A stretch of DNA of 64,000 nucleotides, from positions 9,341-73,340 of the forward strand of contig JAMPYF010000004.1 in assembly GCA_023700805.1 (NCBI GenBank), written 5' to 3'. This document shows positions 10,201 through 16,840 of the stretch, piece after piece. The notes under the pieces are model-generated. The model saw only the letters and a program-made list of their open reading frames with translations. It did no database searches and had not been told where the DNA came from. Made by a program: the position numbers and the translations under genes. The DNA comes from Sulfuritalea sp. (lineage in GTDB: Bacteria; Pseudomonadota; Gammaproteobacteria; Burkholderiales; Rhodocyclaceae). How positions within the stretch are numbered: position 1 is the first letter of the stretch; every line of letters starts with the position of its first letter.

Positions 10201-11562
10201 CACGATGTGTTCTCCGCCAGCGGCAATCTCGGCATACTGACACCGGGCGGAGCCCTGACCCTGTCGGGTACGACGATCGGTACCGTGGGCGCCAATGCCG
10301 ATGGGACGCTCATCCTTGCGTTTGATACCAGCGCGACCCAGGCACGCGTGAATGAAGCGCTAAGTTCGATCGCCTACGCCAACACCGGCAATACGCCGCC
10401 GGCCTCGGTGCAGATCGACTGGACCTTCAGCGACGGCAATACGGGTGGCCAGGGCAGCGGCGGGGCGCTGGTGGCAAGCGGCAGCACTCTCGTAAACATT
10501 GTTGCGGCCAACAATGTCCCCACCGGAATAGTTGGCGTTGGCGGCACGGCGACGCAGGGGCATATCCTGACTGCAACGGATACCCTGGCCGATACCGACG
10601 GTCTGGGCGTCATCGGCTACCAGTGGCAGTCCAGCCTCGATGGCATCCTCTGGAACAACGCCGACACCGGGCCGACGCTGACGCTCACACCCGCCCTGGT
10701 CGGCCAGGAGATCCGGGTCGTTGCCAACTACATTGACGGCTATGGCACTACGGAGTCGGTCGCTTCGCTGGCGACCGCCAAGGTGGCGGGCTACCAGTCC
10801 GGTACGCTTGATAGCGACAACCTGCTCGGCACCGCCTACGCCGACACGCTGCTCGGTCTGGCCGGTAACGACAATCTCATCGGTGGCGACGGCAACGACC
10901 GACTCGACGGCGGTCGCGGTGCTGACCAGATGCTAGGCGGCGGCGGCAACGATCTGTATGTCGTCGACCACCGCTTCGATCAGATCAGCGAACTGGCCGA
11001 CAGCGGCATTGACAGTGTCAGCGCCAAGGCCAGCCACTCCCTCGCCGACAACGTCGAGAACCTCTACCTCACCGGTTCCGTCACGCTGCGCAGCGGCGGC
11101 TTCTTCGGCAGGAAGACCGTCAGCTTCGACCTGAGCATCGACGGTACGGGCAATGAGGCCGATAACTTGCTGCGCGGCAACCGGGGCCACAACCAACTGG
11201 ACGGTCTGGGCGGCAACGACACCTTGCTGGGCGGGGCCGGGGCGGACGTTCTGAACGGCGGCACGGGGGCGGACCGGCTGGTAGGCGGCGCCGGGCCCGA
11301 TGTCTTCGTCTTTGCCGCCGGCGATGGCGGCGCCGGTCTGGCCGCGGCCGACATGCTCTACGACTTCGAGGACGGCATCGACCGCATCGCGCTGGCGGGC
11401 GGGCTCGACTTTTCCGACCTGACCATCAGCCAAGGCAACGGCACCGACACCGCCGCGAGCAACACGGTCGTCGGCACCAGCAGCGGGGAATATCTGGTCG
11501 TGCTGCTGCACACCAGTGCCAGCGCCATCACCGGAGCCGATTTCCAGTTGCTGGGCTTGTGA
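4240..11562 (+). CDS. giant RTX/T1SS-type secreted protein with delta-60 (DUF5122) beta-propeller repeats, a putative Ig/cadherin domain and Ca-binding nonapeptides
   Basis: Many QADGKILVAG...ARYNADGSLDTSF repeats; LPPWLVFDPGTRTFSGTP Ig motif; GGxGxDxLx repeats internally and at the C-terminus; no Sec signal. Confidence 0.9.
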   Translation: MANTAPTFTAGYGKLTTDFGAKGDAGYSLAVQADGKFVVVGRSDNGSNYDIAVARYNADGSLDTSFSGDGKVTTGIGTGDDSGQSVAIQADGKILVAGYSYNGSNNDFAVVRYNVDGSLDSTFSGDGKLTRAIGSGYDMASAVTILADGKILVTGSAQNGNAYDTAFLRYNPDGSPDTSFDGDGILTSANRGSNDTGESVAVLSDGKVLIAGFGYNGSNNDFALTRYNADGSLDTGFGTDGKVTTAVGQRDDIGHGIAIQPDGKILVAGSTWVPTNPDDIYFNTDFALARYNADGSIDSTFGADGVATVNVRRTRASDDAFTVRVLDDGKILVAGTSDIGLFADFGLARFNADGSVDTSFGAAYSLGGTVAFATSGAAVVLDSSVTIADAELDARNGGAGDYAGAVVTLARHGGARSDDVFDFAATGAAFTVAGDSLLAGGLAFATWSQNNGSLSIVFTSSGTVATNALVDNVLEHIGYRNMSFAPPASVQIDWTLTDSHVIAGEPFPSLMDMPRSVTGSTTVSITAISHSNTAPEFSTLPPGIVTTPVGTGRDEARAVTLQADGKLLAAGYSYNGSNSDFALVRYNPDGSLDTSFSGDGKLTNAIGSSNDYVYSVTTQADGKILVAGKTYIGATGIVLNSVGGSSADWSSALARYNADGSLDTTFSGDGKLTTTFGSNDTVGRSLAVQADGKILVAGYSGSTHSNFALLRYNADGSLDTGFDADGGVTTDIGYTSNDYGTAVAVEADGRIVVAGSSNGDFAVARYNGNGSLDTSFSGDGRLTTAIGTGNDEGQCLALQADGKILVAGSSNNGSNGDFAVVRYNADGSLDAGFGGDGIVTTAIGSAYDSAESMALQADGKVVVAGYSWNGHDYDVALVRYNSDGSLDTSFSGDGLVTTDVNAVNNYGYSVAVQADGKIVVAGQSYKAGSPYSDSDFAVIRYNGDGSLDTTFESAPTTDAARLFHAGGAPILLDTSLAFSDAELDVLNAGAGDYAGASVTLARFGGANADDVFSFDFSGSSISITGNYLLSAGQAFASFGQSAGTLVISLDSSETVATHALLQETLEHITYQNTNAAPPAGVRIEWTLNDGNTGDQGLGQALGTSGSSVVAVSAAAYSPALGRLIADQAVIEGLAFSLALPADTFVDGDAGDSLSYSASLANGAALPPWLVFDPGTRTFSGTPMLADLGSIEVQISVADQSGHTASGTFGIAVALTTIQGSDWHNVLTGGNSNEAIVGLAGDDILDGAAGSDTLSGGAGSDIFRYTAKTDSTAAAMDVITDFAGGDTLDFVGMHGITRQPLAYAYQTDVATTLAGIQADASISNTTVFFDDGNNGYLYIKGSGSGVDFDGSLIQLAGHVATLGPHETGLNAAPTISGTTTLADIAEDSLPAAIRISTLLAGTDFADADSGDLQGIAVVGAATSSLGVWTYSTDGSAWNLLFNTSSSEAVLLDANSEIRFQPLPNSAGTASLTLRAWDQTSGIASTHELPQFANTWINGATTAFSSGTHDLQVTVTPTNDAPSLRLGATKASTYSGPDYAGARSIGIQSDGKIVLVGGKTDGYQTDHADFVVARFDVDGSLDTSFGVDGKVTTDIRSGVDWARDVAIQQDGKIVVAGYGKEANGDDSDVVVVRYNVDGSLDTSFSGDGKLTTDLGSWRGDSAYSIAVQDDGKILAAGNSSAGFMAIGNDFALVRYNPDGTLDTSFNGDGIATAGFMGGTYLKEKDIAILGDGKILIAGTAGVLDDATFAMARFNADGSLDTGFSGDGKLTTDIGATGYDYASALAVQANGKILLAGQSDHQLALARYNIDGSLDADFSGDGIVTTALQSIFSLDVKGIVAQDDGKILVSGYSSILAVFSFPLASEPTTEIAPGVTIPAGQNPALLVRYNADGTLDTGFGSGGILVANAGGVAEVQPDGKILVTGGDGFALARYNSDGTVDSSFGIPTFREQGAPVILDRTARVSDLELDATGNYAGASLTLTRHGGADAHDVFSASGNLGILTPGGALTLSGTTIGTVGANADGTLILAFDTSATQARVNEALSSIAYANTGNTPPASVQIDWTFSDGNTGGQGSGGALVASGSTLVNIVAANNVPTGIVGVGGTATQGHILTATDTLADTDGLGVIGYQWQSSLDGILWNNADTGPTLTLTPALVGQEIRVVANYIDGYGTTESVASLATAKVAGYQSGTLDSDNLLGTAYADTLLGLAGNDNLIGGDGNDRLDGGRGADQMLGGGGNDLYVVDHRFDQISELADSGIDSVSAKASHSLADNVENLYLTGSVTLRSGGFFGRKTVSFDLSIDGTGNEADNLLRGNRGHNQLDGLGGNDTLLGGAGADVLNGGTGADRLVGGAGPDVFVFAAGDGGAGLAAADMLYDFEDGIDRIALAGGLDFSDLTISQGNGTDTAASNTVVGTSSGEYLVVLLHTSASAITGADFQLLGL

Positions 11563-11679
11563 GTGCGGTGCAAAACATGGAACGAGCCTGTGAGCAGCGG
11601 GTATCGGGTGCCGAACGGTCAGGCGCATGTTGCCGGCTGCTGCCGAGGTGAATCCCGCACCACCATCGGATTCGCTTTT

Positions 11680-12180
11680 CTAATGTCGGGCGAAGGTGGA
11701 GGTCTTGCCGTCCGGCCCGACCAATAGCGTGTTGTAGGCCTCGCGGCGGATTTCGCGGTCCTGGCTGGCGTTGTCGAGGATGGTGCAGGCCGTTTCGCAG
11801 AAGGGATTGGACAGCTCCCGTCCCGGTGCGCCGCGCGGCAGGCCGGGCACGGCCAGGCCGCGCGCGCTAGGCTTTTCCTTGAGCAGCAGCTTGATGTCTT
11901 CCGCCGGCACGTGGCCCTCGATGAAATAGCCGGCAACCCGTGCAGTGTGCACCGATTCGACTTCCGCCGGCACGTTGAGCCAGCGCTTGAGCTTCGGCAT
12001 ATTGGCAATGGGGACTTCTTCCATGCTGACCTCGAAGCCGTTCTTGCGCAGGTGGTCGGCCCAGTCGATGCAGGCCAGGCAGGGGCTGGGCGCATAGACC
12101 AGCACGGGCGGCAGCGGCTCCGCGGCGGCGGCGGGCGCGCCGCAGGCCGCGGCGGCAACCAGCAGGAGGGCGCCGCGCAT
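11680..12180 (-). CDS. DUF411 (CopG-like) periplasmic metal-binding protein
   Basis: SPCLACIDW, SVHTA, IEGHVPA, GLAVPG motifs; start refined to ATG 12180. Confidence 0.85.
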   Translation of the reverse strand: MRGALLLVAAAACGAPAAAAEPLPPVLVYAPSPCLACIDWADHLRKNGFEVSMEEVPIANMPKLKRWLNVPAEVESVHTARVAGYFIEGHVPAEDIKLLLKEKPSARGLAVPGLPRGAPGRELSNPFCETACTILDNASQDREIRREAYNTLLVGPDGKTSTFARH

Positions 12181-12185
12181 GGTCT

Positions 12186-12686
12186 TCAGCACGGCTTGCC
12201 GGGCTTGCAGCCCTTGAGTATCCACAGCGAGATCTCGCCGGCCAGTTCGTCGGCGCGCACCTTGCGCGCCATGCTCAGCACGTCGCGCCCGGCATCGGTC
12301 TTCAGGGCCGGGTCGGCGCCTGCCTGCAGCAGCAATTTGCCGTTCGCGGTGCGCGTCGAAAACGCCGCCATGTGCAGCGGCGTGCGGCCTTCGCCGTCGC
12401 GTGCGTTCACCGCCGCGCCGGCGGCCAGCAGGGCCTTGAGCGGGCCGCTGTCCTCGTTCATCGCCGCATAGTGCAGGGGCGTGATGCCCAGCGCGGTGCG
12501 CGCGTCGCGCGCCTGGGGCGTGGCCTTGAGGATGGCCTCGACCTGCTGCCGATCGCCCATGCGCGCTGCGTCGTGGATCGGCTGCTCGTTCATGCCCAGT
12601 GTGGCTTGTGCAAGAATGGAACCCGGCGCGAGCGCACAGGCCAGTAGCAGGACACTGCGGATGATGTTTTTGAGTAGGGTGGTCAT
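12186..12686 (-). CDS. exported ankyrin-repeat protein
   Basis: Signal peptide; TPLHYAA and GRTPLHMAA ankyrin motifs. Confidence 0.85.
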   Translation of the reverse strand: MTTLLKNIIRSVLLLACALAPGSILAQATLGMNEQPIHDAARMGDRQQVEAILKATPQARDARTALGITPLHYAAMNEDSGPLKALLAAGAAVNARDGEGRTPLHMAAFSTRTANGKLLLQAGADPALKTDAGRDVLSMARKVRADELAGEISLWILKGCKPGKPC

Positions 12687-12773
12687 TGTGCCTCTCACGC
12701 CTGTCGATGCAGGAAATCATAACCCGGGCGACCTGATGCTTCCTTGATCGCGCACATTAATCCCGGTCGATAG

Positions 12774-12787
12774 TTGACGCCTGTCAA
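12774..12787. promoter_or_regulatory. FNR/DNR-like box between the divergent ankyrin gene and nirJ
   Basis: TTGAC-GCCT-GTCAA, palindromic match to TTGAT-N4-ATCAA. Confidence 0.75.
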
Positions 12788-12822
12788 TGCGCCGGCCACC
12801 CCCTTTGGGCTTGAATGAGACC

Positions 12823-13965
12823 ATGTTCAGAATCTCCCAGTTCATGCAGGAAATCGCCGCGCCGACGCCGCTCGGGCCGGTGCGCAAGCCTCCCGGGCCG
12901 GTGGTTATCTGGAACCTGATCCGCCGCTGCAACCTGACCTGCAAGCACTGCTACTCGATTTCCGCCGACAAGGATTTTGCCGGCGAGCTGAGCACGCAGG
13001 AGGTGTTCCGCGTCATGGACCAGCTCAAGGCCTTCAAGGTGCCGGCGCTGATCCTCTCGGGCGGCGAGCCGCTGCTGCGGCCGGACATTTTCGAGATCTC
13101 GGCGCGCTCCAAAGCCATGGGTTTCTTCACCGCGCTGTCCAGCAACGGCACGCTGATCGACGAGACCGTGTTCGAGCGCATCCGCGGGATCGGCTACGAC
13201 TATGTCGGCGTCAGCCTCGACGGCCTCGGCGCCACGCACGACAAGTTCCGCCGCAAGCAGGGTGCCTTCGATCTGTCGCTGGCCGGCATCCGCCTCTGCC
13301 GCGACGCGGGGCTCAAGGTCGGCGTGCGCTACACCATGACCCAGGACAACTTCCAGGATCTGCCCGGCCTGCTCAAGCTGGTCGAGGACGAGGGCATCGA
13401 CCGCTTCTATTTTTCGCACCTCAATTACGCCGGGCGCGGCAACAAGAATCGCAAGGACGATGCGCTGCACCAAATGACGCGCAATGCGATGGACCTGCTG
13501 TTCGACACTTGCTGGGACTATCAGCAGCGTGGCCTGGTCAAGGAATTCACCACCGGCAACAATGATGCCGATGGCGTTTATCTGCTCTACTGGCTGCAGC
13601 GGAAATTTCCCGACAAGGTCGAGCACATCAGGAAGAAGCTCGCGCAGTGGGGCGGCAATTCGAGTGGCATCAATGTCGCCAACATCGACAACCTGGGCAA
13701 TGTGCATCCCGATACGATGTGGTGGCATCACACTCTGGGCAACGTGCGCGAGCGTTCCTTCGGCGAGATCTGGATGGATACCTCCGACCCGCTGCTGGCC
13801 GGGCTCAAGGCGCAGCCGCGCAAGGTCAGCGGGCGCTGCGGCGCCTGCGTGCACTTCGACATCTGCGGCGGCAACACCCGGGTGCGCGCCCAGCAACTGA
13901 CCGGCGACCCGTGGTCGGAAGACCCCGGTTGCTATCTCAGCGACGAGGAAATCGGCATTTTCTGA
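12823..13965 (+). CDS. nirJ: heme d1 biosynthesis radical SAM protein NirJ
   Basis: MFRISQFM start, VVIWNLIRRCNLTCKHCY, SPASM Cys cluster, GGNSSG. Confidence 0.93.
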   Translation: MFRISQFMQEIAAPTPLGPVRKPPGPVVIWNLIRRCNLTCKHCYSISADKDFAGELSTQEVFRVMDQLKAFKVPALILSGGEPLLRPDIFEISARSKAMGFFTALSSNGTLIDETVFERIRGIGYDYVGVSLDGLGATHDKFRRKQGAFDLSLAGIRLCRDAGLKVGVRYTMTQDNFQDLPGLLKLVEDEGIDRFYFSHLNYAGRGNKNRKDDALHQMTRNAMDLLFDTCWDYQQRGLVKEFTTGNNDADGVYLLYWLQRKFPDKVEHIRKKLAQWGGNSSGINVANIDNLGNVHPDTMWWHHTLGNVRERSFGEIWMDTSDPLLAGLKAQPRKVSGRCGACVHFDICGGNTRVRAQQLTGDPWSEDPGCYLSDEEIGIF

Positions 13966-14110
13966 GAGCTTGCGAATAAATCTACTGCGCGTGCCGGATC
14001 GGGGCTTGGGCGGTGCTCGCTATCCTCGCGTATAACCACATACGCTCCGGTAGCTGTGCTCCGGCCGCACCCCGCTGCGACCCGCTCGCTACGATTTCTT
14101 CACAAGCTCT
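13965..14110. mobile_element. 146-bp MITE-like element between convergent genes
   Basis: Terminal inverted repeats AGAGCTTGCGAATAAATC / GATTTCTTCACAAGCTCT (16/18); no transposase. Confidence 0.65.
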
Positions 14111-14117
14111 GCGGCCC

Positions 14118-14813
14118 TCAGATCACCAGCAGCAGCCGCCGCAGCCCCAGCACGATCAGCACGGCGGCGGCGCCCCACAGCAGCCAGCGCGCCAGCCAGG
14201 CGCGGCCGGCGCGCAATTCGCGGCCCATGCGTCCGGCCAGCGGCACCAGCACCAGAATCGGCGTCATCGCCGCACCGAGGCCGAAGGCCAGGCCGTAGGC
14301 CGCGCCCTGGGCCGCGCTGCCGGCGTTGGCCGCCAGCGCCAGCAGCGAGGACAGCGGCATGCAGGGGGTCAGCGAAAGCGCCGCGCCGAGGAACAGCGGC
14401 GGCAGGCTGTCGGCCTGACGCCGGTGCAGGCGCACCGGTGCGACAAGAGTTGGCGCTGGCGCTACGGCGTTGCAGGATTTTCCTGCCGGCCGGGTCAGCA
14501 GCCAGAGCCCGGCCAGGATGCTGGCGCCGCCGATCACCGCATTGCCCCAGGTGCCGCCCAGCGCCCTGGCCAGTCCGATACCCACGGCACCGGCCAGCGC
14601 GGCCAGCAGGGTATAGGTGAACACGCGGCCGGCGAGGAACACGCCGGTGTGCAGCAGGGCCTCGCGCTGCCCGCTGGCGCGTCCCAGCGCCCAGGTGCCC
14701 ATGAACGGCAGGCAGGTCACGGTGCAGGCGGTGAGCCCCATCGATACGCCGAGAAACCAGACGGTGGCCAGCGTCACCTGGCCGACGGCGAGTTGTTCAA
14801 GCATCGGTGGCAT
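14118..14813 (-). CDS. DsbD_2/TauE-SafE-like membrane protein
   Basis: GLTACTVTCLP, GRVFTY, LTPCMPL; about 6 TM helices. Confidence 0.75.
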   Translation of the reverse strand: MPPMLEQLAVGQVTLATVWFLGVSMGLTACTVTCLPFMGTWALGRASGQREALLHTGVFLAGRVFTYTLLAALAGAVGIGLARALGGTWGNAVIGGASILAGLWLLTRPAGKSCNAVAPAPTLVAPVRLHRRQADSLPPLFLGAALSLTPCMPLSSLLALAANAGSAAQGAAYGLAFGLGAAMTPILVLVPLAGRMGRELRAGRAWLARWLLWGAAAVLIVLGLRRLLLVI

Positions 14814-15870
14814 CCGCTGCCGGTCTGGCGGCGTTGCGCACGAATTTCAGCGGCTTCACCGTGCCGTCCGGCAATTCGCGCTTCACCTTCGCCTTGTAAT
14901 ATTCGCGGCTCGACGAGAACAGCGCCAGCGGCCCCCATTTCAGCTTGATGATGCCGTCCTGCGGGCAGTATTCGACGCAGCGGCCGCACAGCGTGCAGTC
15001 TTCGTTATAGGCCTTGCGTCCGCTTTGCCGGGCGATTTCCGGTATGTCCATCGGACAGGCCTCGGTGCAGATGCCGCACTTGCTGCAACTCTCGTGCATG
15101 GCCGGCTTGGCCAGGCGCATCGGCGAAAGGCGCTGGAATACCGAGTTGAAGGCCAGCAGCGGGCAGATGCGGCAGAACGGCAGGCGCAGGGCCAGGCCGC
15201 CGACCAGCATGAAGCCGAACAGCGTATTGGCGGCGGCGCCGAGGCCGAATTTCCAGCCGTCGCCCATGCGCAGCGCCAGCTCTTCGGTATTGCCGGTGAG
15301 CAGCGTGGTCGCGACGCGCGACGGACAGATCTCGCAATACGGATTGCCCAGGGCATGCGGCGTCACGCCGAGCCCGGTCAGCAGCGGCAGCAGGAACACC
15401 AGGCCGAGCAGCAGCACCCACTTCCACGGCCGCACCCGCTGCACCGCGCCCAGGTCGCCCTGCTCGAAGCGGCGCAGGCCGATGTTGAAGCGCCGTCCGA
15501 TCCTGCCGATCCAGTCCTGCAGCGTGCCGAGCGGACAGACCCAGCCGCAGAAGGCCTTGCCGATGACGAAGAAGAAGGCGAAGAAAGTCAGGAACACCAT
15601 CAGCAGCGGCAGCACCATCTGCACCGTCAGTTGCTGCGCCTGCACCATGGCCTGGCCGATGCGGTGATGCACTTGGTGCTGGGTCGGCACCAGCACGCAA
15701 TAGCTGCCGTTCATCTGGTCATAGGCGCAGGACAGGGCCGGCAGGGCGGCGGATATCTTGTCGGCGGCGTAGTGGCCGACGACGACGCTGCCATACACGG
15801 TGATGAACAGCATCAGCGCCTGGACCACGAAGCGCAGGCGCGACAGGGTGGGGAAAAGTTTTTCAAGCAT
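14797..15870 (-). CDS. NapH/NosH-like membrane 4Fe-4S polyferredoxin
   Basis: FCGWVCPLG, FCRICP and two CxxCxxCxxxCP motifs. Confidence 0.85.
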   Translation of the reverse strand: MLEKLFPTLSRLRFVVQALMLFITVYGSVVVGHYAADKISAALPALSCAYDQMNGSYCVLVPTQHQVHHRIGQAMVQAQQLTVQMVLPLLMVFLTFFAFFFVIGKAFCGWVCPLGTLQDWIGRIGRRFNIGLRRFEQGDLGAVQRVRPWKWVLLLGLVFLLPLLTGLGVTPHALGNPYCEICPSRVATTLLTGNTEELALRMGDGWKFGLGAAANTLFGFMLVGGLALRLPFCRICPLLAFNSVFQRLSPMRLAKPAMHESCSKCGICTEACPMDIPEIARQSGRKAYNEDCTLCGRCVEYCPQDGIIKLKWGPLALFSSSREYYKAKVKRELPDGTVKPLKFVRNAARPAADATDA

Positions 15871-16783
15871 GGCCGTTTGCTCCTTCCCTGGCTTGCCGCC
15901 GCCGCAGCAGCGGCGTCGCCGCCGCCATGCCGAGCACGCCGAAGGCGGCGCCCCAGGCGAGGCTGCGGCTGCGCTCCGGGTCCGGGCTGTAGGTGTAGTT
16001 GAATGCCGTCAGGTAACGCTTGCCGTCGGCCTCCTTCTCGGTGGCCAGCACGAAGCGCGCGCGGTTGCGCGCCTCGTTGCCTTCGCCCTCGGCGGCCGGC
16101 TTCAAGTCGCGCGGGAAGACCAGCGTGGCGTGGCCGGCGGCATCGGTCACGCTGCTGGAACGGCTGCCGAATTCGGTTTCGAGACTGAGGCTTTGTCCGG
16201 CCAGCGGCTGCCCCCTGAAGCGCACCTGGAAGCGCCATTTCTCGGCTTCGCGGTAGCTGCGGTGTTCGCGCGGCAGCGGCGCGGGCACGATTTCGAGTTC
16301 GTGTTTCGGCTGTGTTAGCAGCTCCTTCGGCGAATCGCCGGGATTGCCGAAATACCAGGCGGTCGAGGCGACCCGCACACTGTCGGCGTTCTCCTCGCGG
16401 GCGACGACCCAGTGGTAGTTGCCGATCTGCGGCGTTACCGCCGCGATCCTTGCCCCCGCCGCGCCGACCGGGTATTCGGTCTTGCGCCGCTCGGCCGGCC
16501 CCTCGGCCGCGTACACCGTGACGCTCGGTGCCGTCAGGCCGCGCAGCGTGAGCACGGCACCGCCGCGGTCGCCGCGCTCACCCTTGCCGAGCAGCAGCGG
16601 CTGCGCGGTCCACTCGCGGCCCTCGGCTTGACCGCCCGGTCGTCCGCCGGGTCGCCCGCCGGGCCGACCTGCGGGGCGTGCGGCCGATGCCGCCGCGGCA
16701 TCCGCGCCGTGCTCGTGCTGGGCCAGGGCCGGCAGCGCAAGGCCGGCGGCCGGCAGCGACAACAGCAGGATCAGGATATTCAT
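15863..16783 (-). CDS. DUF4198-like periplasmic protein with C-terminal anchor
   Basis: Signal peptide, LEIVP, FRGQPLAG, TDAAG motifs; RPGG tandem repeat. Confidence 0.65.
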   Translation of the reverse strand: MNILILLLSLPAAGLALPALAQHEHGADAAAASAARPAGRPGGRPGGRPGGQAEGREWTAQPLLLGKGERGDRGGAVLTLRGLTAPSVTVYAAEGPAERRKTEYPVGAAGARIAAVTPQIGNYHWVVAREENADSVRVASTAWYFGNPGDSPKELLTQPKHELEIVPAPLPREHRSYREAEKWRFQVRFRGQPLAGQSLSLETEFGSRSSSVTDAAGHATLVFPRDLKPAAEGEGNEARNRARFVLATEKEADGKRYLTAFNYTYSPDPERSRSLAWGAAFGVLGMAAATPLLRRRQAREGANGHA

Positions 16784-16840
16784 GTTTCCTCCGTGGATAG
16801 ATGACTGGGTCGCCGACCCTGCGCGGGCCCGCCGCCGTTC

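Noticed and set aside
12744-12760. additional FNR box
   Set aside because: Only the TTGAT half-site matches; spacing to the other half is wrong
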